63,170 bases of DNA, filler included, from Octopus bimaculoides (GCF_001194135.2; 7 parts of 7 records of this genome joined end to end with filler, not necessarily neighbours in it); one strand, 5' to 3'; shown: positions 38,369-51,215, counted from the first letter of the whole stretch. Notes: a model not told the origin generated them from the letters alone. A program made the numbers and translations.

Positions 38369-39304
38369 AATATGTGTTGATGAGAGAATCGGAAAATTTT
38401 AAGAGAGATTTATCCAGAATGTATCAATTTCTGTCGACATTTTACCCAGATTTTATAAATTAAATGATGTTAAATTTAAGGGTTTTTTAAAAGTGTTTTA
38501 GTAGAGAAAGAAGGGCAACGTTCACGATCCTTTTTAGGGCCTTGTAGAAGAACGAGTAAAAGAAATGAAGATTATTGTTTAATCCTAAGTCAGATGACTT
38601 TATCTGAATACTTAACGACATAGTGAAATCCCTTAAAGGCACTCACAGAACCAGATGATGGGTTGTGAGCGGTGGGTATAGTTAAACCGAGTGGCTGATT
38701 TAATTCTAACACAGAAGAACGTTTGAGCTGCTCCGCAATCGTCCCTATTAACTGTCATTCAGTTCTTTCAAGAAATTCACATTAAAACTCGGTAAATTCT
38801 TCCTCTAAAACAAGACAAGATTCAAGTGGTTGAAGATTATTCCGGTAAATATTTCACCTGCAACTGACAGTGGCGGTATTTCTCTACAGATTCAATAACA
38901 CTTCAACATCTTCTTCTGCATTCATTTGATCTTATTTGAATACGAGAAAGAATATGGCATTTCTCCAGTCACAGAGAAAGCTACACAATGTCCATACTTT
39001 GAAAATGACATATTAGAGAATGCTGTCATCCCGACAAGATTTTTTGGCTGTCGTGCTGTTTAACAAGTTTGAATTGCTCAGGAAATAGGTGTTTCCTAAC
39101 GTTTACTTAACATGACTTGTTTTGACTGGGTGGTGTGGATGTATAGAAATCTAGGCAAACAAATATGTGTGTTTGAGCATGCAATATGTGTGTCTGTGTG
39201 TGACGGCGTGTATGTATACAAGTTTATAAGTATACATGTATGTGCGTATGAATGTGTATATATAAATATATCCGAATATTTGTGTGTGTGCGTTTGTGTG
39301 TGTG

Positions 39305-39355
<51 letters not shown>

Positions 39356-40409
39356 ATATATATATATANNNNNNNNNNNNNNNNNNNNNNNNNNNNNNNN
39401 NNNNNNNNNNNNNNNNNNNNNNNNNNNNNNNNNNNNNNNNNNNNNNNNNNNNNNNNNNNNNNNNNNNNNNNNNNNNNNNNNNNNNNNNNNNNNNNNNNNN
39501 NNNNNNNNNNNNNNNNNNNNNNNNNNNNNNNNNNNNNNNNNNNNNNNNNNNNNNNNNNNNNNNNNNNNNNNNNNNNNNNNNNNNNNNNNNNNNNNNNNNN
39601 NNNNNNNNNNNNNNNNNNNNNNNNNNNNNNNNNNNNNNNNNNNNNNNNNNNNNNNNNNNNNNNNNNNNNNNNNNNNNNNNNNNNNNNNNNNNNNNNNNNN
39701 NNNNNNNNNNNNNNNNNNNNNNNNNNNNNNNNNNNNNNNNNNNNNNNNNNNNNNNNNNNNNNNNNNNNNNNNNNNNNNNNNNNNNNNNNNNNNNNNNNNN
39801 NNNNNNNNNNNNNNNNNNNNNNNNNNNNNNNNNNNNNNNNNNNNNNNNNNNNNNNNNNNNNNNNNNNNNNNNNNNNNNNNNNNNNNNNNNNNNNNNNNNN
39901 NNNNNNNNNNNNNNNNNNNNNNNNNNNNNNNNNNNNNNNNNNNNNNNNNNNNNNNNNNNNNNNNNNNNNNNNNNNNNNNNNNNNNNNNNNNNNNNNNNNN
40001 NNNNNNNNNNNNNNNNNNNNNNNNNNNNNNNNNNNNNNNNNNNNNNNNNNNNNNNNNNNNNNNNNNNNNNNNNNNNNNNNNNNNNNNNNNNNNNNNNNNN
40101 NNNNNNNNNNNNNNNNNNNNNNNNNNNNNNNNNNNNNNNNNNNNNNNNNNNNNNNNNNNNNNNNNNNNNNNNNNNNNNNNNNNNNNNNNNNNNNNNNNNN
40201 NNNNNNNNNNNNNNNNNNNNNNNNNNNNNNNNNNNNNNNNNNNNNNNNNNNNNNNNNNNNNNNNNNNNNNNNNNNNTATATATATATATATATATATATA
40301 TTCAGTTATCTGATCCCGACGTGTAAGGTTTCTGTAAGAGGCTAACGAGTCTTGAACTCACATGAGACCGAGTCAGACTGTTTTAAAATATCTATCTATC
40401 TATCTAATC

Positions 40410-40462
<53 letters not shown>

Positions 40463-40529
40463 GCATGTGTGTATGTGTGTATGTCTTAGTGTGTATGTAT
40501 ATTTTATAAATAAAACGAGCAATGAAAGA

Positions 40530-41600
40530 AAAAAGATAACACCGGAAATACAAAGCTTAATAAACATTAATAATAAAGGAAGGAAAAGACGTATATTAAC
40601 GTTTTGGACGTAGTCCTTCATCAGAAGAAAGAGAAGTGTATAGGGTGAGAGAGAGAGAGAGAGTTCGATGAGGGAACGAAGCGGATTGAGTGATAGAAGC
40701 CAAGTCGAAATGCATTTCTCTGTGGGAATAGTTAAGAAGGGAGAAGGAGGCGGGTGTATTGATGCAAGTACAGGAGTGTATCTCTGTTTAGAGTTTTGTA
40801 TATGGTGATGATGTTTAATTTCTTGGGTGCATGTGCGTAGAAGTGTATGTGTTTGTATATGTGTGTGGAAGTATAGTGGCGTCGGTTAGTGAGAGGTGTA
40901 GCGTTTGTTGAATTGTATGTGTGACTGTGTGGGTGATAAGAGTGATAAATGTGAGTGATAAGAGCATGGTTGTGAGGCAGTGGGAAGGTGAATGAGAGGG
41001 CTGTAAAAGGGTACGGCAAGAGGAATGTGGAGAGTACAGTAGAAGTATGTTCAAGTGTATGAGATGCTGTTACATGGCAGGAGGGTTTGAACAGAAGGGC
41101 AAATCCATCACCCTATGGCTACATGTGTGTAGAGTCAGAGCTGAAGACATCCAACAGCATATTCTATCTGTCCCTACCACCTCTTTTTCCAAAGCTACCA
41201 GTCTTATAAAGAAAGTGTGATGGTGTTGGTTCTGGCGACTTTGTTTGATGAACAATCTCCACAGCGAATATTATTATTTGTGTAGAGTGAGTTCCATTCT
41301 CTCGTCCTTCAAACTTGTATTGGTCTGGTGCTACAAGTTTTACAAGCCCAGTAGGTCTTAGACTGCTGGATTTGTATAGCGTGACCTCCACTTAAATGAG
41401 GAATTAAAGAGTTGAAGTGCCTCATCTGTCCTGCAGTATTTTGGGCGCCTTTGAAGGGGTCTTCTCCTGGAGGCAAAATGGACAAATTAACTTATAGCTG
41501 GAACCCTGTTAGGTGTTACTAATCACTGTCAGAATAGATCTAGGAACAACAGTGCCTAAGAGGTGACCCCCACATACCCCAAATCCCTAGAACGTCCAAA
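40530..41600 (-). repeat. Unclassified interspersed repeat with a CA-rich body ending in a hammerhead-like motif
   Basis: C/A-rich minus strand without a convincing ORF, terminating near CTGATGAAGGACTACGTCCAAAACGTT. Boundaries are approximate. Confidence 0.4.
40595..40627 (-). ncRNA. Degenerate hammerhead motif
   Basis: CTT-CTGATGA-A-GGAC-TAC-GTCC-AAA-ACGT-T-AAT: perfect stem II, G12 to A change. Confidence 0.45.
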
Positions 41601-41614
41601 TCAGAACCCCGCTA

Positions 41615-41821
41615 ACTGGTGTAGTTTAAAGTCATACCAAGACGCACACACACGCGTGTCTGCGTAAACACATATACAACGGTTTCCACGCAATTTTCGT
41701 CTTCCAAATTCACACACAAGACATTGGTCGGCTTGAGACTACAGTTGAGGACACTTTCCGAAGATGCTGCGCAGTGAAACTGAACACCACGTAGCTGCAA
41801 AGCGAGCTTCTTAATCACGCA

Positions 41822-41826
<5 letters not shown>
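41615..41826 (-). mobile_element. Family B SINE 5' half
   Basis: ttccaaattcacacacaagacattggtcggcttgagactacagttgaggacactt..gcgcagtgaaactgaac. Confidence 0.7.
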
Positions 41827-41858
<32 letters not shown>

Positions 41859-42128
41859 NNNNNNNNNNNNNNNNNNNNNNNNNNNNNNNNNNNNNNNNNN
41901 NNNNNNNNNNNNNNNNNNNNNNNNNNNNNNNNNNNNNNNNNNNNNNNNNNNNNNNNNNNNNNNNNNNNNNNNNNNNNNNNNNNNNNNNNNNNNNNNNNNN
42001 NNNNNNNNNNNNNNNNNNNNNNNNNNNNNNNNNNNNNNNNNNNNNNNNNNNNNTGTGTGTGTGTGTGTATAATTATTAAGCTTGAAAACGGAAAGATCTA
42101 ATGGTGATACAAATTAACTTATTAACAT

Positions 42129-42352
42129 ATTAACATCTTCACCTACAATTCTCTCATTTCTCAACAAAAATTAAAACTACAAAACATATATAAATATATA
42201 ATCCTGCATTTTAAAATCCTTGAATTGTCCTTTTGTGCACTCTAGTGATTTTCCACCCAAGGTATTTTAAAATGCAAGATTATATATTTATATATGTCTT
42301 GTAGTTTTAATTTTGGTTGAGAAATGAAACAACTGTAGGTGAAAATATTGAT
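42129..42352. repeat. Foldback element/MITE-like long inverted repeat
   Basis: Arms at about 42129-42222 and 42258-42352 are reverse complements with scattered mismatches (e.g. aaaactacaaaacatatataaatatataatcctgcattttaaaa vs ttttaaaatgcaagattatatatttatatatgtcttgtagtttt), with a spacer of about 35 nt. Confidence 0.85.
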
Positions 42353-42592
42353 TAATTGATAAATTAATTTGTATCCATTTTATCTCTCCGTTTTCAAACT
42401 TAATAATAATATTTGACATGTATGATATTTTCTATAATATATTCATCGAAGAAATATCTCTTCAAAATACAATATATTGCACCAGGGTACATCACGACGT
42501 TTGAACCTTTTTGAACTTTTCTGAACTTTTTTGAACTTTCTGCCTTTTCCAATTGTTTTTTCTTATTCTCTCTCTGTTTATTCTTTCGTGTT

Positions 42593-42629
42593 CCTTTCTG
42601 TTGAAGAACATAGGCTCGAAACGTAAAAG
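42593..42629 (+). ncRNA. Degenerate hammerhead motif upstream of the Penelope ORF
   Basis: CTTT-CTGTTGA-A-GAAC-ATAG-GCTC-GAA-ACGT-A-AAAG: 4-bp stem I, A6 to U change, one stem II mismatch. Confidence 0.45.
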
Positions 42630-42779
42630 ACTTTCTCACCTCCTCGAACGTTAAACTAATGCACCTGTTTGTTGTTTATATACCTGTCTTTGTCTTTTGT
42701 CTTTTTGTAAATTCCAACAATATATTGCTTGCTCACGTGGTCACACCAGCTTTATCCTGTTTTTACCTCCTACACTTCG

Positions 42780-43605
42780 GGTTTCTACCTGGATTTTCTA
42801 CAATTTGGCAAAAAGGATTTGCACAATAGTGTCTGATAGATCTACTCGGAGCCTTCGTCTTCAAGACCTCAAGACAACACTAACTGAAAGACAGTATCCA
42901 CCCTCACTTATAGACGATGGAATTAAGCGTGCCAAGAAACTATACGTAAAAAAATTAAGGACAACAAAGCATAACACCACACCACATCTCAAAACACTAC
43001 TGTTTATATCAACCCACAACCCTAGAAACAATGACACATACAATACTAATGTGCAAAATCTCCCTTTATTAACTAGAGACCCAAACATGAACAACATCCT
43101 GAAAGCACATAAATTCATCAAATGCAAAAAGCAACACAAATCGCTAAAGAAACTTCTAAGAAATTCGAAGCTTTACACAACAACCACGAAACCTGCGGTT
43201 AAAAATGTGGACGCCCAAACTATTGAACATGCCCCAACCTACTTGAAGGCTCGGATTTCCTTTTCAAACAAGGAGAGAGGTTCACAATTAAAACCAACTT
43301 CACTTGTGCCTTTGAGAACCTAATTTATGTAATAACCTGCTCGGGTTGTGGACATCACTATATAGGACAGACGATAATGACATTGAGACGGAGAACCACT
43401 CTATATAAAGAGCAGATCCGGTTCTCGCAATACAGATAAATTCCTCTAAGTGAACACATAGAGAAATGTGCAGGTAACACCAAACCAAATTTCACTGTAT
43501 TCTTCTTCTACCAGTGCAGCGATACAATTTCTTTACATGAACGTTTAAATAAAGAAACATTTTTCTCCGAAAAATATGGAACACGTCTAAATATACACCC
43601 ATAAC
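42780..43605 (+). mobile_element. Penelope-like retroelement 3' ORF fragment (RT thumb, linker, GIY-YIG endonuclease)
   Basis: KRICTIVSD..RLQDLK..L.ERQYPP.LIDDGI.RA; frameshift to KCGRPNY*TCP; NFTC..ENLIYVITCSGCGHHYIGQT..TLRRR..EHI..C..ERLNKE.FF..KY..RLN. Confidence 0.9.
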
Positions 43606-44074
43606 CAACTTTGATCTCTTTACATATTTTAATTCACGATTACATACCCATCACTGTACATATTTCTCCCCTCTAATCTAGTTTTTGAATTTTTGTGTAT
43701 GTATATATTTCCCCCCTTCATACCGAAAGCTGAACAATTATCTCTCCTGACCACAATAATAACGACAACCAATTACCTCCCCTTAGATTTTTCTACTTGT
43801 TGAATCATTCACACATAAATTTCACACACAACATGGACCCAAAAATTTCTTCTAAAAAAATATGTATTTAAATAAATTTTAATGTCACGAATAGCGAAAG
43901 CGAAACCGGTCGACAAACANNNNNNNNNNNNNNNNNNNNNNNNNNNNNNNNNNNNNNNNNNNNNNNNNNNNNNNNNNNNNNNNNNNNNNNNNNNNNNNNN
44001 NNNNNNNNNNNNNNNNNNNNNNNNNNNNNNNNNNNNNNNNNNNNNNNNNNNNNNNNTATATATATATATATATA

Positions 44075-44170
44075 TATATATGTATTTGCGTGTCTGTGTT
44101 TGCCTCCCACCATCACTTGACAGCGATGTTGGTGTGTTTAAGACTCCGCAACATAGCGGTTCAGATCGAA
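44075..44170 (+). mobile_element. Family B SINE internal fragment
   Basis: tgtgtttgcctcccaccatcacttgacagcgatgttggtgtgttta..agcggttc. Confidence 0.6.
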
Positions 44171-44877
44171 TAATCGAACACTTCAAAAATAACAATGTTT
44201 TAGCAGCGATGCACGCAGAGATCTATAGACACTGAGACTAAAATGCGAAACAAAATTACCATGCGAAAACATTTTTACATTTTTATCATTCATTTATAGA
44301 TTGTATTTACTTTTCATGTTAGAACGTGAAACTTCTATACTATAATGGAGAAAGCTGCTTATTAATTAGGTATGTATACAATTACTAAAAATATTAAAAG
44401 AAAGCAATTATTAAATGGTGGACCGTCTGGAAATAGTTTTATAAATTCATGTTCTAAGAACTTACCTGTAATTTCGATTTCTCAAGTTTATTGAATTTTT
44501 TAACTCCAATTTCTCACAAATTTAAATATTCATTGCATTCACTGCGGAGTATTCCATTTTCATTTGCAAAGTCTCCCACTTTCTCTTTTAAGTTTTAATT
44601 CGCTATTTGGAAAACCGACAATTTATTCTATTAATGTAAACACATTATTTATTGAATGAAAAGTTTAAAAATACCCGTATAATTTTTGAACGCAGGATAG
44701 CTGTGAGAAGAGCCTAAAAAGTTGGGTAATTACTATTAGAAGACGAGGAGAAAGAAGATTACCGACAAGTACTCGAAACTTGCACCTTATTCACAGTTTC
44801 CAAACACCCTGTACCACTAAGCCAATATATACACAAACAAGTTGCACGAGCGACTTCAACAGTGACACGCACGCACG

Positions 44878-44930
<53 letters not shown>

Positions 44931-44986
44931 CAATACATACTCGCGCACACACATAGATACGCATACACACATATGAAAGGCAATGA

Positions 44987-45031
<45 letters not shown>

Positions 45032-46191
45032 GTTCACTGACAAAACTTCGTGCTACATCACTTTTGTAAAGGTTTGTCAGTGAACAGGTCGCTGTTTCAA
45101 AGCGACGAAAATATTTTGACACAAATGAAATTTTAATGTTGTTGGGCAATTAACAGTTTTTGTGTGTTCCTGAATGGCTTACAAACATCTTCCACGCTAC
45201 AATTGTTTTTGTTTCAGCACACGATCTCTGATCAAGTTACTTGCTATGCAAGTACATCTCCGTAATTTTTTAAAATCACTGTGGATAAATACCAACATTG
45301 ACCTCAGGCTTTCCAATATTCTAATTTCTAAACAGAAACAATCGGGGGCAGAGAGTGGGGTTGCAAAAAGTTCATAATTTCTCAAATTTTCTTTTTCATA
45401 CCATATAAATGTATTTATAGGGGGGAAATATTGAAAGGCGTCAATGCATGCGAGAATGATAAAGAAACGAGGAGTGCTGTCTTGGGATGTGCTAGAAACA
45501 ACAGCCAAATCGCCCTTAANNNNNNNNNNNNNNNNNNNNNNNNNNNNNNNNNNNNNNNNNNNNNNNNNNNNNNNNNNNNNNNNNNNNNNNNNNNNNNNNN
45601 NNNNNNNNNNNNNNNNNNNNNNNNNNNNNNNNNNNNNNNNNNNNNNNNNNNNNNNNNNNNNNNNNNNNNNNNNNNNNNNNNNNNNNNNNNNNNNNNNNNN
45701 NNNNNNNNNNNNNNNNNNNNNNNNNNNNNNNNNNNNNNNNNNNNNNNNNNNNNNNNNNNNNNNNNNNNNNNNNNNNNNNNNNNNNNNNNNNNNNNNNNNN
45801 NNNNNNNNNNNNNNNNNNNNNNNNNNNNNNNNNNNNNNNNNNNNNNNNNNNNNNNNNNNNNNNNNNNNNNNNNNNNNNNNNNNNNNNNNNNNNNNNNNNN
45901 NNNNNNNNNNNNNNNNNNNNNNNNNNNNNNNNNNNNNNNNNNNNNNNNNNNNNNNNNNNNNNNNNNNNNNNNNNNNNNNNNNNNNNNNNNNNNNNNNNNN
46001 NNNNNNNNNNNNNNNNNNNNNNNNNNNNNNNNNNNNNNNNNNNNNNNNNNNNNNNNNNNNNNNNNNNNNNNNNNNNNNNNNNNNNNNNNNNNNNNNNNNN
46101 NNNNNNNNNNNNNNNNNNNNNNNNNNNNNNNNNNNNNNNNNNNNNNNNNNNNNNNNNNNNNNNNNNNNNNNNNNNNNNNNNNNNNNNNNNN

Positions 46192-46249
<58 letters not shown>

Positions 46250-46504
46250 TTGCAAAGCTTACAGATGGGCTGCTAAATTGAAATCTCTACGTTGCTGTGA
46301 GGGGAAAGTAAAACTTGACAAACTGCTTCTCCCTCTGTTGTTGTAATACCGTGATGTTTGTGTAAAAAAGTGAGATTGTGACTGATAAAATAATGAAAGC
46401 AATATTTTCTAAGCAAGTGAGCACTATCATACAAAGAAATAATTAGACGAAATATATAAGAATTGGGAATCAAATGTGAAAGTATTATCAAGGGCTAGCA
46501 GAAA

Positions 46505-46724
46505 ACCGCTCGGAGTGCCTTTGATTCTAGACCTTGCTTCCATACTTGAAACTTCTCTAGTTCAGCAATAAGAACAAGGTCATCAGTACAGAAGAACTTC
46601 CAGGCGCAGCCTGTCTTAAATTCCTCTGATATTGCCAGGAGGACTACGATAAACAAGAGGGGGTTGAGAGCCGATCCTTGATGAACCCCTACTTGTACCC
46701 TGAATTCTTCGCTGTACTCGTTAC
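46505..46724 (-). mobile_element. RTE-clade reverse transcriptase fragment
   Basis: NEYSEEFRVQVGVHQGSALNPLLFIVVLLAISEEFKTGCAWKFFCTDDLVLIAELEKFQVWKQGLESK (VGVHQGS.L.PLLF and YADD-like motifs). Confidence 0.9.
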
Positions 46725-48119
46725 ATGTTAAGAAATTGTGTATGTTTAAAAATTGTTATTTTCATTTACAAAGGTGTCCCCTGTTATTTTCTTGTGCTCT
46801 TTTCTCGCATAAATCTGATGGAACATAATCTCACTTGACAACATGAAAATCAATACTTCTGTAAAGCGAGGAGTTCATATCGATCGATCGATCCATCTAT
46901 CCATCCATCCATCCATCCATCCATCCATCCATACATACATACTTACATACATATTACACACACNNNNNNNNNNNNNNNNNNNNNNNNNNNNNNNNNNNNN
47001 NNNNNNNTTAATTAATTAANNNNNNNNNNNNNNNNNNNNNNNNNNNNNNNNNNNNNNNNNNNNAGAGGGACAGAACCCAAATTCATGTTGAGAAGCAAAT
47101 ATATACACACACATTCACACAGTCATGGCCTGTTTCTCAGAGCTGGCTGATCTCATACCACTTCCAGGCAATCCTGAATCACAATTCTGATTCATGTCAC
47201 CCNNNNNNNNNNNNNNNNNNNNNNNNNNNNNNNNNNNNNNNNNNNNNNNNNNNNNNNNNNCCCCCCCTCCACAGTATTTGGCTCTTTGGATTAATAGCAT
47301 CAATCACACCAGTGGAGGGCCAGCAAAGGCCCTTTTTCCAGACCCAGTAGTTTTTTTTTTTGTTTTAGTTACTAACACCATTTTGGTTCAATGCTATACT
47401 GTACAACAGAATATCTCTAGACTTTGATAAATTATTTAAGCCTTGATTAATAGAAGGAATCATTGTGAACAGTTAAAAACCCCAACAGAGAATTGAAACC
47501 TGTCCAGCTGATCTCCCTCCCTCCCTCTATCTCTCTCTCTCTCTCTCTCTCTGAATCTTTTGTACAAAGTGTTTCCATAACAGTGTTAAGACACCAATAA
47601 CTCATGAATGAAACTCCTTGCTAAAACTATTATATCCACCAATCAGTTGGATTGACTTAATCCCTTGGCAAAGCAATGTCTTTGGGGTCAGTTAAAGAGA
47701 GGATTCAGTTGCTGTTTAAATTCCAACACAGGTTTGAAATTAGTCCATTAATCCCTATTTTCTGTCCACAGAAATATTGTATATAAAAACAAGGTGTTAA
47801 CATATGACTCAAGATTGTTGACTAAAATTTACAAAGATATCCTGTGGGGTACAGTGTAGTCTTTTTATTATAAGTTTATGTTGCAAGTGGCTGTTAACTG
47901 TTTTGTGCTAGTTTCACTTGTTGGTTGAAAGCACTCAACTTAAGCTGTTATTGTCATCAAGAAAGAGCATGGACAGTTAGGTTCTGTTGAATGGAGTGAT
48001 GTGAAGGTTGTAGACATTTGCCAAAAGAGGCCTTCCTGTGATGTGTTCCCATATAAAAGACTAAATACAATTGAGAGTGTGTGAACAAAATACTGAGTTC
48101 TTCAAACGATCGACAATAA

Positions 48120-48300
48120 TATTTCTATCATAGGTACAAACCCTCACATTTTAGGGGAGGTGGTGAGGTGTAACCAGTTGAATTTACCCCAGTATTTAAC
48201 TCGTTTTATCTATTTTCCTCTCCAACTCTCAGAAAGATGCAAGACCAAAGCTGACCTTGGCAGGAATCAAAAACCAGAATGTACAGACGTGACTCTGAGA
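48120..48300 (-). mobile_element. Degenerate family A SINE
   Basis: ttaggggagg..accccagtatttaactcgt..gaaagatgcaagaccaaagctgaccttggcaggaatc. Confidence 0.5.
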
Positions 48301-48539
48301 CGGAGACAGATGTAAATATTCTACAAAATATTTCTGCAATGTTAACTTATTTATTCATTTGTTCAAGAAAGATTTTTGACAAATTGATCAGAGTCCTATT
48401 AACGTCACACAAATCAATCTTTCACTTTATTGGGAATAAAACAATTTTAAAACTTTTCCTTCTTTAATGTTTTTTTCTTCTTTTGTTAAATTTATTTTTA
48501 TTGTTGATGAAGAAAAGTAGATTGAGATTATCGATAGAG

Positions 48540-49015
48540 TGGTGAACAGAAAAGCTTCCAATATTTAATTCCAGCGGCCCAGTAGCCATAAGAGAAATGG
48601 TTGTGCTCAACATAGAGAAAGAGAAAAGTAGGTTGGAAATTCTCTCAGTTGTAATCAATCTGAATTATAAGTAGACAAGAAGTATTTGGGGAAAAGAAAG
48701 AGGCTGAGAGCAAAGATTTTGTAAGCAGGAGGAGCTGGCAGTCAGAGCACAAAATACATTGCAATGCTTGGAACTAGTTGATGGCTTCTACCTTAGGTGA
48801 GCTAATCCATGGATAGATCGATATGAGCTGCAAAAGTATTGTCGCCAGACAAGAAACAAGGTGAGAAAAGTTCAACAAGCTGACAAGAGGATTGTTTCAA
48901 GTGAAGAGAAAATGATATGATGCTTATGTTAGAGAAACAGGGACATTATATGCCAAAGAAGGAAGCCAGCTTGCGTAATGTTAAAAGAATGAAGCAGAGA
49001 AGCCGAGTAACAAAA
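48540..49015 (+). mobile_element. Degenerate RTE LINE post-RT fragment
   Basis: KWLCST*RK.KVG.NSLSCNQ..V.KK (Cys-rich insert), LELVDGFY(L)GELI, AR....KFNKL, GTLYA. Confidence 0.55.
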
Positions 49016-49244
49016 AAAAAACAACAAAAAAATGAATAGGAAGAATTAGATGTAGTAAGGGAGATAACNNNNNNNNNNAACAACAAAAAAATGAATAGGA
49101 AGAATTAGATGTAGTAAGGGAGATAACTGTGACGAGTGAAGAAATGAGAAGACATCTTTATGAAAGGAAATTGTGGAAGAGGAAGATGTGGTCACAGAAG
49201 AGATAAATGNNNNNNNNNNNNNNNNNNNNNNNNNNNNNNNNNNN

Positions 49245-49540
49245 GTCAAGCTAAGTAAAAGCGTGGTTGCTCTTACATACAGGCTCGTCCCCTGCAAGGG
49301 CCACCAGGCTTTTACTTAGCTGCGCTTCCCTAATCGTAGGTGCTGGTGTCATGTAAAAAGCACCCATACCACTATCCAGTCCACCCTGTAAAGTGGTTGG
49401 TGTTAGGAAGGGGGCATCCGGCCGTAGAAACCATACCAAAACAGGCATGGAGCTTGAACAGGTCTTCAGCTGGACAGCTTCTGTCAAATCGTCCAACCCA
49501 TGCTAGCATAGAAAATGGACTTTAAATGATGATGATGGCA
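49245..49540 (+). mobile_element. SINE with RTE-type 3' tail (family D); second fragment at about 49800-49926
   Basis: ggtgttaggaaggggcatccggccgtagaaacc core and the 3' end cgtccaacccatgctagcatagaaaatggactttaaa(TGA)n. The core recurs as gttagaaagggcatccagccgcagaaacc at about 49855. Confidence 0.65.
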
Positions 49541-50448
49541 TGCAAAACTACATAAATAGATTCATATTAATACAGAATACACATACACATGAAAATAACT
49601 ATACACTTGTAGAAATAGACAAGTATGTTAAACAGCGTGCAAAACAAAATGAATATGAAACACAAAAATAATAAATATTTTAGCTTTCAACACCTGACAT
49701 GAAGCCACCCACCTCTACTTCCCCCTCTTAAATACTAGAGTTAGTAGCAGAAGCTTTTTCTCTTTCCCCGTCATGCAAGTTACCTGTCAATCTCAATAGG
49801 GACGGTGACATGAAAAAAAAAAACCCAGTCAGTACACTCTGTAAACTGGTGGATGTTAGAAAGGGCATCCAGCCGCAGAAACCAAAGCAAATCTTAAACT
49901 GGAGCTCGATGCGGCCTTGCAACTTGNNNNNNNNNNNNNNNNNNNNNNNNNNNNNNNNNNNNNNNNNNNNTTAATTAATTAANNNNNNNNNNNNNNNNNN
50001 NNNNNNNNNNNNNNNNNNNNNNNNNNTGAAAACGTTATGTAACTAAACGGTTTTTGTTACTAATTAATGAATAGTTTTGTGGCTCCTAAAGAAATTAGTG
50101 ATTAATTTGTGTGAATATCAAATGCGTTGGACAAAATTCAAAACAGAAAACTGGAATAATTTCAAAAGCAAATATTCGAAGAGCATAACAATGAATATAG
50201 ACGATGGGTAATAAGTGTTCGATTGTATGAAAGAATGGAATAAGAAAAGCAAGAGTTGTAAAGGCGTCGGTTTAAATGGTTAAAAACATAAATAAAAGAG
50301 TTTAACCTCAGTTTTGAAGGAAGCATAAAACATTTCTAACGAACATAATTAGATCTTTGTTTTTATAAGACTAATGAATAACAATAGAGAGAGAGAGAGA
50401 GAGACGGGAAAGAGGAGGAACAAGAATAATGAAGATAGAGACAAATAC

Positions 50449-50507
50449 CTGGAAGATAAACTGTTTATGATTCTTCGACATCCGAGGATTCTGATGGAGG
50501 CAGCCAT
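50449..50507 (-). CDS. Candidate first coding exon of an unidentified gene (MAASIRILGCRRIINSLSS + phase-2 donor)
   Basis: ATG in the context ttcAAAATGGCTGCC, an Arg-rich acid-free peptide resembling a mitochondrial presequence, then an AG|GTATTT donor and a (TC)n tract. No downstream exon could be linked. Confidence 0.4.
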
Positions 50508-51044
50508 TTTGAAGGTTATAGTCAAGGTAGATAACTCTAGGTGGTGGCGGTGGTGATAAAAGAAACGGTGATAGGTTTGAAAAGTCCCGCTTCTATTATT
50601 AGTGCTCAGAAATAGTTGTTCTGTCTCTGCCATTGTCACTCTCCCTTTACAGATATATATAAAGATGCTTAGCACTTGTCTCCTTTCCAGCACATGGACA
50701 AAAGTAAAGCTTCTAAGTTGGCAAATCACACATATACCCTCACGTATCAAAACTGCTTATTGTTTTCTGGATCACTGAGTTTTCGTTGTTTTTTTCTATT
50801 TTTTATAGAAATAAGCCATTTTCTCAGATAATCCTCTGATTCTATCATGTAACATCGTTTGGGATTCTTTGAATAGTTTACAACGAAAATGTTGTTGTTG
50901 TTGGTGCTGCTCTTCTCGCTGGCCCCTCTGCTGCTGCTGCTGTTGCTATTGTCGCCGTTGGGGTTGTTGATTAAGATGATGACCTAAGACTTAACGTGTT
51001 CTCTTTACAACACAATAATGTTAAGGCAATATCATAGCAGTGAT

Positions 51045-51215
51045 AATCTTTTCAACTCGAGGCACAAGGCCCGAAATTTTGGAGGAGGGAGGCCAGTCGA
51101 TTAGATCGACCCCAGTACGCAAGTGGTACTTAATTTATCAACCCCAAAAGGATGAAAGGCAAAGTCGGCCTCGGAACGCTAAGCATTTCGTCCGGCGTGC
51201 TAACGATTCTGCCTA
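51045..51215 (-). mobile_element. Family A SINE
   Basis: ggcacaaggcccgaaattttggagg..gtcgattagatcgaccccagtacgcaagtggtacttaatttatcaacccc. Confidence 0.85.

Noticed and set aside
49021-49127. ~48-bp direct repeat
   Set aside because: Duplicated across a 10-N gap, an assembly overlap (as is 7151-7304 vs 7315 onward).
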